Counted from the first letter of the stretch, positions 10,035-18,399 are shown. The stretch is DNA of 64,000 bases from an uncultured delta proteobacterium (GCA_963782055.1 CAWAIF010000002.1:128001-192000), one strand, 5' to 3'. Notes: generated by a model not told the origin, from the letters alone. Numbers and translations are program-made.

Positions 10035-11648
10035 TCAGGACGCGCCGAGGTACAGCTTGAGCGCCTGCGCGGCGCCCCGGCGATCGAACGGCACGTCGGC
10101 GATCTCCTCGCGCTTGCCGATCTGCTCGAGCAGCCCGGTCAAGAACACGTGAAACTGCTCGCACTCGGCGATGGCGCGCTCCAGCCTGTCCGGCTGCAGC
10201 AGGTCGGTCTCCTCGAGCGCGGACATCGCGCCCATGAAGGCGTCGAAGCGCGGGTAGTCGGCGGCGCGCAGCAGCGGGTAGCCCATCGCCCGGAAGTAGG
10301 AGAGAAACTCGCGCACGAACTGGAGCGGCGGCACGCCCGTCCAGCGCACCTCCCCGGTGCGCGTGGACCGCGCCTTGTGCGCGAACGCCCGGACGATCTG
10401 CGCGAACATCCACACGTCCCGCCTTAACCGCTCCGAGAGCAGCCGGCGGGCGGCCGCGTCGTCGAACACGCCCTGCTCGTCCAGGCGCACCCCCAGCGAC
10501 TTGCCGAGGAAGAGGATGCCGTTCTGCAGCGCCGGCCGCAGGTTCTTGACCGCCCGGGCGACGGCGGTGCGCACCTGCTCCGGCGGCGGCCCGAGCTCCG
10601 GCGCGGGGAAGTCGTGCTCGAAGGCGCGCCGCATCTCCAGCCGCAGGTTGGCGCCGATGCCCTCCAGCGAGGCCTTCATCTCCAGCAGGCGATGGCCCTC
10701 GGCCAGCAGGGAGTCGTAGCGCCGGGCGAGCTGCGAGGCGGGGACCGCCAGCACGTCCTTGTCGTAGCCCTCGGCGAGGACGTCCCCGGCGCGGTGTCGC
10801 AGGTACGTCGTCAGCGCGCGCGCGTCGGAGCGCAGCACGCTGAGCACGACGTACACCACCCCCGCGCTGCGGCGCGGGCCTTCGTGCGCCGTCTGGAGCG
10901 TCGTCTCCAGCAGCGACAGGTAGCGGAGCATCCGGAAGAGCGCGAGGAAGGTGAGCGCCACCAGTCGCCGCGCGTGCTCCCCGGGCACGCTGCGCATCAG
11001 CTCGAGGACGCGCGGGTTGCCGATGCGATCGAACTCCGGCCGGAACTCCAGCGCGCGCAGCGGGTTGAAGTACGCCGACTGCGCGACCTCCCGCTGGCCG
11101 ACGCCCATGACCGCGTAAAAGAGCCGGAAGGGCACCCGCGGCAGGCGCGCCACACCCGACGCCACCTCCAGAAGGTTGGTCATGCCGTGGCGCAGGTAGA
11201 AGAGCGACTCCTCCGGCGTGTCCTGCGCCGTCGCCCCGTGCACCAGCCGCGAGCGCACCGCGTCGTCGGGCAGCACCGTCTCCAGGTAGCGCTGGAACAC
11301 GAAGGCGCGATCGCGCTCGAACAGCAGGCCGCGGCAGAGGGTGGTGATGCGCCCCATCGCCTCCCGCCCCAGCGCCAGCGCCTCCCGGAAGTCCTGCGCC
11401 ACCACCGGCGGACGCCGCGTGGGGCCGGGGTGGTTTCGCGGGTTGGCGAAGCACGCCAGGCCCTTGAGCAAGATCTCCAGCTCGAAGAGCTGGTCCTCGC
11501 GTCGCGCGGCGGCGAGCCGGTTCACCCACTGCTCGCGGAGCTGCGCTTTGTCCTGCTCCAGGCTGCGCGTCTCGCGCAGCAGGTCGGTGTAGGCGTCGCG
11601 CTCGCCCGCGCTCGGAACCACGGATCGAGGAGGAGCCAGCGAAGGCAC
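10035..11648 (-). CDS. Uncharacterised all-helical protein (~537 aa)
   Basis: C-terminal part of ORF 10035..12737 with normal protein composition (LFELEILLKGLACFANPRNHPG). GTG start is inferred. Confidence 0.7.
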   Translation of the reverse strand: MPSLAPPRSVVPSAGERDAYTDLLRETRSLEQDKAQLREQWVNRLAAARREDQLFELEILLKGLACFANPRNHPGPTRRPPVVAQDFREALALGREAMGRITTLCRGLLFERDRAFVFQRYLETVLPDDAVRSRLVHGATAQDTPEESLFYLRHGMTNLLEVASGVARLPRVPFRLFYAVMGVGQREVAQSAYFNPLRALEFRPEFDRIGNPRVLELMRSVPGEHARRLVALTFLALFRMLRYLSLLETTLQTAHEGPRRSAGVVYVVLSVLRSDARALTTYLRHRAGDVLAEGYDKDVLAVPASQLARRYDSLLAEGHRLLEMKASLEGIGANLRLEMRRAFEHDFPAPELGPPPEQVRTAVARAVKNLRPALQNGILFLGKSLGVRLDEQGVFDDAAARRLLSERLRRDVWMFAQIVRAFAHKARSTRTGEVRWTGVPPLQFVREFLSYFRAMGYPLLRAADYPRFDAFMGAMSALEETDLLQPDRLERAIAECEQFHVFLTGLLEQIGKREEIADVPFDRRGAAQALKLYLGAS

Positions 11649-11701
11649 GGGCGCCCGAGGGTACCAGGACTCCCCCCGCCGCGCGAGCGCGCCCCCTCTG
11701 C

Positions 11702-12532
11702 TTACCGCGTCGCCCGCCGCTTCTTCGGCGCGGGCGGCAGCAGCGTGTCCAGCTTGCCCACCCTGTCCCCGAGCAGCTTGGCCATGACGCCCTCCACCGG
11801 GCGCCCGGTGCGCTGCGCGAGCAGGGTGATGTCCAGCGCGATCTGACTCGTCGCCACCTCGGCGATGGCGGCCGTCTCGCTCACCACCGCCGCGTCCCCT
11901 TCGACCTTCTCCGTCGCGCCGATGAGCGTCGTCCGGTCGTCCGCCACCACCATCAGCCGGTGCTTCCAGAACGCCTCGAGCGAGGCCTCCGGCAGCTCGT
12001 AGCTGAAGACCTCCCCCGGGAGCTTGGGCAGCGCGCAGTGCGAGAAGACCACCAGGTACGCGCCCCGCTTGGCCGCCCGCCGCAGCTCGGCGGCGAGGGT
12101 GTCCACCTCTCGCGCCCAGCCGCTCACCGCAAGCCGCGTGCTCGCCCCGCGGATGATGCGCTCCGCCTCCTCCAGGATGCGGTCGTAGCCCCGCACGCTG
12201 AACGCATCCGGCGTCGGCGGAGCCGTGTCCAGGCGGCGGATCGCCTCGGAGAGGTTGTCCGCCGACCCGTCGAAGCGCTTGCGCAGCAGCGACAGCAGGT
12301 CCTCCGGCGGCGCAGCCGCGAAGCGCTCCGGCGAGCCGGAGATGGCCCGCGCCGCGCCCGCCTTCACCAGCCGGCGAAGTACGCCGTACACCGCCGACCG
12401 CGGGATCTGCGCCCGCACGCCCACCTCGTAGCCCGTCGCCGGGCTGTCCACGAGCAACGCCGCGTATGCCCGCGACTCGTTGAGGCTGAAACCCAGCGCC
12501 TCCAGAGAAGAAACGATGTCCGCGCCGCCCAC
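11702..12532 (-). CDS. TrmB-family transcriptional regulator
   Basis: LEALGFSLNESRAYAALL...ATGYEV...IPRSAVYGVLRRLVKAG wHTH, followed by a PLD-like effector domain. Confidence 0.88.
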   Translation of the reverse strand: MGGADIVSSLEALGFSLNESRAYAALLVDSPATGYEVGVRAQIPRSAVYGVLRRLVKAGAARAISGSPERFAAAPPEDLLSLLRKRFDGSADNLSEAIRRLDTAPPTPDAFSVRGYDRILEEAERIIRGASTRLAVSGWAREVDTLAAELRRAAKRGAYLVVFSHCALPKLPGEVFSYELPEASLEAFWKHRLMVVADDRTTLIGATEKVEGDAAVVSETAAIAEVATSQIALDITLLAQRTGRPVEGVMAKLLGDRVGKLDTLLPPAPKKRRATR

Positions 12533-12737
12533 GCCTGCGATCTACACGTATCCGGGGTCGCCCGCACCTCTCCCGGAGGGGGGCCGGGGCCGGAGGAGTC
12601 TTTTTTGTCCCATCCGGGGCGAAACCCTTTGTACCCTGGCGGGCGCAGAGCGTGAGGCCCTCGATGTCGAGGCTACCGCACGAGCCACAACATCCTTGGG
12701 CACACCATGCACCAGGGGAGGACAGGGAGAGACGCAC

Positions 12738-12992
12738 ATGAAGATCGGAAAGACCCTCGCTGTGACGGCCGCTTCGGGACTGCTGCTGGGCCTCATGGCA
12801 GGCTGCGGTGGTGACAACGCTTCGAGCGGCGGCGCTGCGACCCCGTCGGGCGGCGACATGGCTGCTCCGGCGGACAGCTCTGGCGGCGGCGCGAAGGCGA
12901 GCTGCAGCGGCGCCGGCGGTGGCGCGGCTCCGGCCGACACTGGCAGCGCGGCTGGTGGCGAGGCGACCCCTCCCCCCGCTCCCGCTCAGTGA
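12738..12992 (+). CDS. 84-aa lipoprotein-like peptide; candidate MNIO RiPP precursor
   Basis: GGAGA RBS; MKIGKTLAVTAASGLLLGLMAGC lipobox; Gly/Ala/Ser-rich body with one further Cys (AKASCSG); lies directly upstream of DUF692. Confidence 0.75.
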   Translation: MKIGKTLAVTAASGLLLGLMAGCGGDNASSGGAATPSGGDMAAPADSSGGGAKASCSGAGGGAAPADTGSAAGGEATPPPAPAQ

Positions 12993-13047
12993 CCTGCTGA
13001 ACCCCCTGGCCGCGGTCGTCCTCTCGGACGGAGGCGGCGCGGGTGGG

Positions 13048-13096
13048 GCAAGGACGCCGCGGCCACCTTTCGGTGCCGCGGCGTTCGTGCTTTTGT
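13048..13096 (+). terminator. Intergenic stem-loop / leaky intrinsic terminator between precursor and MNIO genes
   Basis: GGACGCCGCGG-C-CACC-tttc-GGTG-CCGCGGCGTTC followed by GTGCTTTTGT. Confidence 0.6.
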
Positions 13097-13108
13097 GACC
13101 AGACGTCC

Positions 13109-13966
13109 ATGGGTTTTCGCGACAAGCACGGCATCGTGGACCTGGGCGTCGGCGTCGGGTTCCGTCCCAAGCACGCGGCCGACGTCCTGGAGCGCGGCGG
13201 CTCGCCCGAGGTGGCCTGGTACGAGATCGTCAGCGAGAACTTCATGGGCTCCGGCGGCCGGCCGCGCGCCCAGCTGGAGCGGCTCCGCGCGGCTTACCCC
13301 GTCGTGCCGCACGGCGTGTCCCTCTCGGTGGGCTCGGTCGCCCCACTCGACCGCGAGTACCTGGAGCGTCTCGCCGCGCTCGTGCGGCACGTCGACCCGC
13401 CCTACTTCACCGACCACCTCTGCTTCTGCCGCGCGGGCGGCCTCGACCTGCACGATCTCTTGCCGCTGCCTCTCACCCCCGAGGCCGCCGCGCACACCGC
13501 GGCGCGGGCGCGGGAAGTCCAGGACAGGATCGGCAGACCCTTCGCGATCGAGAACGCCTCGAGCTACCTCGCCTACCGCGAGAGCTCCATGCCGGAGTGG
13601 GAGTTCCTCGCCGAGATCGCCGAGCGCGCCGACATCGGCATCCTGCTGGACGTGAACAACGTCTTCGTGACCGCGCACAACCTGGACTTCGATCCGGCCG
13701 CCTACATCGACGCGATCCCCGCCGACCGCGTGGTGCAGATCCACCTCGCCGGCCACACCGACAAGGGCAGCTACCTGCTCGACACCCACTCCGATCACGT
13801 GCGCGAGGAGGTGTGGGCCCTCTACGAGCGGGCGATCCGCCGCATCGGGCCGGTCAGCACCCTCATCGAGTGGGACGAGCGCATCCCCAGCTTCGACGTG
13901 CTCGCGCGAGAGGCCGCCCTCGCCGCCGAGCACCGCGCGAAGGCCCTCGCGGAGGCCGGGCGATGA
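13109..13966 (+). CDS. DUF692 / multinuclear non-heme iron-dependent oxidative enzyme (MNIO, MbnB/TglH/BufB family)
   Basis: GVGFRPKH, EIVSENF, HGVSLS, TDHLCF, HDLLPLP, IENASSY, LLDVNN, QIHLAGH, DTH, LIEWD. Confidence 0.95.
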   Translation: MGFRDKHGIVDLGVGVGFRPKHAADVLERGGSPEVAWYEIVSENFMGSGGRPRAQLERLRAAYPVVPHGVSLSVGSVAPLDREYLERLAALVRHVDPPYFTDHLCFCRAGGLDLHDLLPLPLTPEAAAHTAARAREVQDRIGRPFAIENASSYLAYRESSMPEWEFLAEIAERADIGILLDVNNVFVTAHNLDFDPAAYIDAIPADRVVQIHLAGHTDKGSYLLDTHSDHVREEVWALYERAIRRIGPVSTLIEWDERIPSFDVLAREAALAAEHRAKALAEAGR

Positions 13967-14766
13967 GCCGCCTCGACGAGACGCAGCGCCTCTTCGCCGA
14001 GGCCCTCCTCCACCGCCAGACGCTCGCCGAGGATGGCGCGCTCTCCGCCCGCGCGGAGGCGACCGCCGCCGGCAGCTCGCGCATGACGCCCACCGAGCAG
14101 CTCGACGTCTACCGCGAGCAGTTCTGGCTGCGTCATGTCGCCTGCCTGGCGGAGGACTACCCCGTCGTCGAGGCGCTGGTCGGGAAGGCCCCCTTCGAGG
14201 ATCTGGTGGCGGCCTACCTCGACGCCCACCCCCCGCAGCGCTTCCTCATCCGCGATCTCGGCCAGGACCTCGCGTCCTTCCTGGCGCGCACACCGCCCTG
14301 GAAAGAGGACGCGCTGCTCACCGACGTCGCCCGGGTGGAGTGGGCGTTCGTGGACGCCTTCGACGCCCCCGACGCGCCGCCCCTCGACCCGGCCTCGATC
14401 GCCGGCATCGGCGAGGACGACTGGCCGCGGGCGCGGCTGGTGCTCCACCCGTCCTTGCAGCGGCTGCAGCTCCAGCACCCCGCGCACGAGCTGCGGGTCG
14501 CGCACCGGGCGGGCCAGCCCGTCGTGCGTCCCCGGCCCGCCCCGGCGGCCGTGGTGGTCTACCGCCGCGAGCTGGGCACCTACCAGGAGATCGTCGATCG
14601 CCGCGCGCTCGCGCTGCTCGACCTCCTCGCGGCGGGCGAGCGCCTCGGCGACGCCGGCGAGCGCGTCGCGGCCGAGAGCGGTGGCGGCGACGCGGTGGAG
14701 GCCAGCATCGGCGACTGGTTCGCCCGCTGGGCCGCCCTCGGGTGGATCAGCCGCGTCGAGGTCTGA
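13963..14766 (+). CDS. DUF2063-type MNIO partner protein (HvfC/BufC-like, RRE-like N-terminus)
   Basis: ATGA overlap with MNIO; QLDVYREQFWLRHVACLAEDYP, YLDAHPP, DVARVEWA, LHPSL. Confidence 0.88.
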   Translation: MSRLDETQRLFAEALLHRQTLAEDGALSARAEATAAGSSRMTPTEQLDVYREQFWLRHVACLAEDYPVVEALVGKAPFEDLVAAYLDAHPPQRFLIRDLGQDLASFLARTPPWKEDALLTDVARVEWAFVDAFDAPDAPPLDPASIAGIGEDDWPRARLVLHPSLQRLQLQHPAHELRVAHRAGQPVVRPRPAPAAVVVYRRELGTYQEIVDRRALALLDLLAAGERLGDAGERVAAESGGGDAVEASIGDWFARWAALGWISRVEV

Positions 14767-14781
14767 GCCCCCGCGCGCCGA

Positions 14782-15396
14782 TCACTTCCGGTGGTGGTGC
14801 GGGTGGAAGTTGAACGGGTAGTGCGCGTGGGTCTCCACCCCGCGCGGGCTGGCGGCGAACTTGATCTTCTTGATCACCTCGCCGATGCACTTGATGACCC
14901 CGGGCTCGGCGATCTGGCTCTTCGAGGCGTCGACGCCCGTCGCGGTGACGTTGCCGTCGGGGTCGATGGTCCAGGTGATGTCCACGAACCCCTCGATGCC
15001 CGGGTGCGTCTTCTCCCCGGCGTCGTAGCAGGCGCGCGCGTCGCCCCGGTGCACCTGGATGATCCCCTGGATGTCCTGCGGGCTGCGCCCCGGATCATGC
15101 CCGCCCTTCCCCGTGCCCGGGCCCCTGGGCGCGGTCGTCGTCGAGCCGCCGTCCATCGTGACCGTGGACGACGAGGTGAGCTTGGTGCCCTGCAGGTCGC
15201 CCGCGTCCCCCAGCGTCGCGGTGGTGGTCGTCGTCGGGCCGGCGTCCACCTCAGCCGCGGCGGTCGACCCCGTGCCGCCCCCGCCCCCCGCGCCCTCCGG
15301 GGTCTGCGCGGGCGGAGAGCCGCCCCCGCACGCCGCCAATGCCAGCGTGATCGCCCCCATGCCCATCAGCCCAGCCAGACTCGTTCGCTTCGTCAT
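14782..15396 (-). CDS. Lipoprotein with AgmX/PglI C-terminal (TonB-C-like) domain
   Basis: LALAAC lipobox; IQVHRGDARACY...GFVDITWTIDPDGNV...CIGEVIKKIKF...YPFNF. Confidence 0.8.
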   Translation of the reverse strand: MTKRTSLAGLMGMGAITLALAACGGGSPPAQTPEGAGGGGGTGSTAAAEVDAGPTTTTTATLGDAGDLQGTKLTSSSTVTMDGGSTTTAPRGPGTGKGGHDPGRSPQDIQGIIQVHRGDARACYDAGEKTHPGIEGFVDITWTIDPDGNVTATGVDASKSQIAEPGVIKCIGEVIKKIKFAASPRGVETHAHYPFNFHPHHHRK

Positions 15397-15546
15397 GACG
15401 GCTCCTCGGGGAGAGGACGGTAGCGGCTCGGCCCCCCGCTCCGCAAGCGCAGCGCTCCGTCGCCGGACGCCCCGGCCCCCGGCCGGGCACGCGATTGGTT
15501 TGCGATTGGACGAACCGTCTCGGTCGTGCTTCGATTCAAGGAGGTT

Positions 15547-17019
15547 TTGACCCCTCCCGATGCGCCCGCTCCTCCGGCGCCGCTGGGACGCGCCGGCGGT
15601 TACGACCTGCTGCTGGAGCTCGCCGCCGGTGGCATGGCCACGGTGTATCTCGCGCGGGCGGTGGAGCGCGACGTCATCGCTGCGGTGAAGCGCCCGCACA
15701 AGCACCTGGCGAGCGATCAGACCTTCTCCTCCATGCTCGTCGACGAGGCCCGCCTCGCCTCTGCCATCGACCACCCCAACGTCGTCAAGGTGCGCGAGCT
15801 CGGCTTCGAGGGCGCCGTCCCCTTCATCGTCATGGACTATGTCGAGGGGTGCAGCCTCTCCGATCTGCGCAAGGAGCTCGGCGCGGTGGATCGCGCGCTG
15901 GACTCGCGCGTGGCGGTGCGGGTCATCCTCGACGCCCTCGCCGGGCTGCAGGCCGCGCACGAGCTGCGCGACGAGAACGGCAAGCACCTGGGCATCATCC
16001 ACCGCGACATCAGCCCTCACAACGTGCTCGTGGGCGTGGACGGTCGCGCGCGCGTGACCGACTTCGGCATCGCCAAGGCGGAGGACAGGCTGCAGGTCAC
16101 GCGCACGCACGAGGTGAAGGGCAAGCTCGCCTACCTCGCCCCCGAGCGCGTCGATCGCCGCCGCCTCTGCACCCGCCAGAGCGACATCTTCTCCATGGCG
16201 GTCGTGCTCTGGGAGTGCCTCGCCGGGCGGCGCCTCTTCCGCGGTGACGAGGCCATCGACACCCTGCAGGAGGTCATGAAGGCCCCCATCCCCCGCCTCC
16301 GCCAGCTCGGCGCCGACATCGCACCCGGCCTGGACGACGCGCTCGCCAAGGCGCTCTCGCGCGATCTGGGGGTGCGCTACCAGACCGCCGAGGACTTCGC
16401 CCGCGCGCTGGAGCGCGGGGCGGGTCGCGGGCACATCGGCTCGTACGAGGATGTCGCGCGCGTCGTCGAGGCGGTCTTCGGCTCACGTCTGGCGCACCGG
16501 CACGACCAGGTGCGCAAGGCCGTCGGCGACGAGAAGCTCCACGCCGTGATGGCCCGCTCGCAGCTCCGCGAGCGCCCGCCGCCCGCGGGAGGACTCACCC
16601 CCGACAGCCAGCTCCTCGCCGCCATCGCGCCCGCCGCGCCGAGCGCGCGCTACGCCTTCGGAGCGCTCGCCTCCGGGTCCACGTCACGGCGTCCGCGGTG
16701 GCTCGTCCCGGTCGCGGTGGGCGCGGGCGTCGGGCTGGTGGCCGGCGTGCTGGTCATCGCGGTGATGGCGGGACGCTCCGGGCCCGCCCCGCGCGCCGCC
16801 GGTGCCTCGGGCACGCCCTCCTCGCTCGCCTCCGCGCCGACAGGCCGCCCGACCGCCACCGTCGCGCAGCCCACGCCATCGGATACCGGCGTGGAGGAGG
16901 CGATCGACCTGGGCGATGTCCTGTCCGACGCATCGACCCCCGGCGCACGCCCGCACCACGTCCACAAGGCCACGAGGCCCATCGGCACCGTGCGCGACGG
17001 CTTCACCAAGCTCCGATGA
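15547..17019 (+). CDS. Membrane-anchored Ser/Thr protein kinase (Pkn type)
   Basis: GGMATVY, AVKR, HRDISPHN, DFGIAK, APE; C-terminal TM. TTG start after GAGG (alternative start 15526). Confidence 0.93.
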   Translation: MTPPDAPAPPAPLGRAGGYDLLLELAAGGMATVYLARAVERDVIAAVKRPHKHLASDQTFSSMLVDEARLASAIDHPNVVKVRELGFEGAVPFIVMDYVEGCSLSDLRKELGAVDRALDSRVAVRVILDALAGLQAAHELRDENGKHLGIIHRDISPHNVLVGVDGRARVTDFGIAKAEDRLQVTRTHEVKGKLAYLAPERVDRRRLCTRQSDIFSMAVVLWECLAGRRLFRGDEAIDTLQEVMKAPIPRLRQLGADIAPGLDDALAKALSRDLGVRYQTAEDFARALERGAGRGHIGSYEDVARVVEAVFGSRLAHRHDQVRKAVGDEKLHAVMARSQLRERPPPAGGLTPDSQLLAAIAPAAPSARYAFGALASGSTSRRPRWLVPVAVGAGVGLVAGVLVIAVMAGRSGPAPRAAGASGTPSSLASAPTGRPTATVAQPTPSDTGVEEAIDLGDVLSDASTPGARPHHVHKATRPIGTVRDGFTKLR

Positions 17020-17462
17020 CGCGGACCTTGCTCCTCGCGCTGGGGCTGCTGCTCGTGACCGCCGGGTGCGACGATCAGGTGCTCGCGACCTGTCGCGACA
17101 TCCCGGACGGTGGCTGCCCCGTCGCCTCCGGCGTGGCGTGCTCCGACCCGGCGTGCGCGGCCGCGTACGCGTGTCAGGCCGACGGCACGTGGGCGATCGT
17201 CCAGGTGTGCGCCGCGCAGGATGCGTCGATCGGCGACGACGCCGCGTCTCCGGTCGATGCGGGTACGCGCGACGTGTCCACCGACGTGGAAGGAGCGTTC
17301 GGTGGGCCCGGCTGCATCGATCTGCAGCCGCCGGACTGCGCGCTGGGCACCGCGCTGGCGTGCTCGGCCGGCTGCTGCGGCTGCGAGGCCCTCTTCGTAT
17401 GCCGCGCCGGCGGGTGGGATCCGTGGGGCGCGTGCGACGAGGCGGGCGTGCACGGCCCGTGA
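17016..17462 (+). CDS. Cys-rich lipoprotein with two-fold internal repeat
   Basis: ATGA overlap with the kinase; LLLVTAGC lipobox; two Cys-rich modules each ending W-x5-C. Confidence 0.75.
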   Translation: MTRTLLLALGLLLVTAGCDDQVLATCRDIPDGGCPVASGVACSDPACAAAYACQADGTWAIVQVCAAQDASIGDDAASPVDAGTRDVSTDVEGAFGGPGCIDLQPPDCALGTALACSAGCCGCEALFVCRAGGWDPWGACDEAGVHGP

Positions 17463-17472
17463 GCGGCAATAG

Positions 17473-17580
17473 TTGACACGTCATCTTTTCGCCAATCTAG
17501 ACTTCGAAAAGGAGACGCGTCAGGGGTCCCAGCCGCGGGGCACTGCACAGCCCTGCAGCCGTCGCAGATGGGCGGTACTA
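17473..17580 (+). ncRNA. Candidate structured small RNA / regulatory element (family not recognised)
   Basis: No convincing CDS here. TTGACA at 17473 and TAGACT at 17498 (19-bp spacer); several stems; A-rich tract ACTAAACAAAAT. Confidence 0.3.
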
Positions 17581-17626
17581 AACAAAATGACAGAAGGCGC
17601 CTCCCCGTGGGGGGAAGCGCCCTCTG
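17578..17626 (-). terminator. Intrinsic terminator of the histone-like gene
   Basis: Minus RNA CAGAGGGCGCUUCCCC-CCAC-GGGGAGGCGCCUUCUG then UCAUUUUGUUU. The stem is fully paired with G-U wobbles only on the minus strand. Confidence 0.75.
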
Positions 17627-17689
17627 CTTCCTGCTGAGCAGCCCGACCGCTGCAGCTCAGCAAGAATGACCGGCCGCCAAAGCGGCCTT

Positions 17690-18058
17690 CTACTCTTCCC
17701 CGTCGTCCAAGCCGTGGCTGGATGTCGGAGCCCCGCCCAGCATGGACGGGACTCCTACGGGGGGAGCAGCCTTGGGAGCCGCTTTGGTGCCGCCGGTAGT
17801 ACGCCTGCCGGCGGCCCGGCCAGGGCCGGTCTTGGCCTTTGAAGCAGCCTTCTTTTTGGCAGGCTTCTTTTTGGCGGCCTTCTTTTTGGCAGGCTTCTTT
17901 TTAGCAGCCTTCTTTTTGGAGGCTTTTTTGGCACCCTTCTTCGCAGACTTCTTCTTGGCCGTGCGCTTGGCGGACTTCTTCTTCGCCGTCTTGCCAGCGG
18001 CCTTCTTGGTGGTCTTCGTCTTCTTGGGAGCCTTCTTCGCAGACTTCTTAGCAGCCAT
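17690..18058 (-). CDS. Histone H1-like Lys/Ala-rich nucleoid protein
   Basis: MAAKKSAKKAPKKTKTTKKAAGK...(KKKAA/KKKPA)n; GGAGGG RBS; own promoter and terminator. Confidence 0.8.
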   Translation of the reverse strand: MAAKKSAKKAPKKTKTTKKAAGKTAKKKSAKRTAKKKSAKKGAKKASKKKAAKKKPAKKKAAKKKPAKKKAASKAKTGPGRAAGRRTTGGTKAAPKAAPPVGVPSMLGGAPTSSHGLDDGEE

Positions 18059-18093
18059 GGTGTCCCTCCAGGTTGGTGAGGTGATCTACATGA

Positions 18094-18122
18094 CCTATAT
18101 GGTCACCTACGTCAGGTGTCAA
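18094..18122 (-). promoter_or_regulatory. Sigma70-type promoter of the histone-like gene, with a dyad over the -10
   Basis: Minus strand TTGACA-N17-TATAGG; dyad TGACC-TATAT-GGTCA at 18091-18105. Confidence 0.65.
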
Positions 18123-18399
18123 ACAAAAATCAGATCATCAACTTGATTTTTTTTTTCGGATAGTTCGTGTTTGACCAACACGAACAGGGCGGCCGGAGGT
18201 GGGGATCGCCGTTCGCGGCGGGGGGATTTGGGGGAGGCATCCGGTCGCCTCGAGGCCACGGCGCGAGGATGGAATGGGCGCGGGTTCTCGCGTGGCGCGC
18301 GCGTCGGGGGCGCGAGCGGCATGGAAGGGGAGAGGAGAGGAGAAGGGGAGAGCGGGGCGCGTGGGTGGTGGGTGGGGTGAGGGAGAGGGTGACCGGTCG

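Noticed and set aside
12600..12680. ECF-sigma promoter for the MNIO operon (GAAACC / GTACCC...CGTGA)
   Set aside because: The spacing does not fit convincingly, so it cannot be supported by eye.
17505..17580. Resemblance to SAH riboswitch, c-di-GMP-I riboswitch or HDV-like ribozyme words (CCGCGGGGCACTGCA, GAAA..GACGC, GGTCCCAGCC)
   Set aside because: The required partner strands and pseudoknots are missing, and there is no downstream co-oriented gene.
18163..18185. GTTCG...CGAAC as a LexA box
   Set aside because: The half-site order and spacing do not match CGAAC-N4-GTTCG; kept only as an unnamed dyad.
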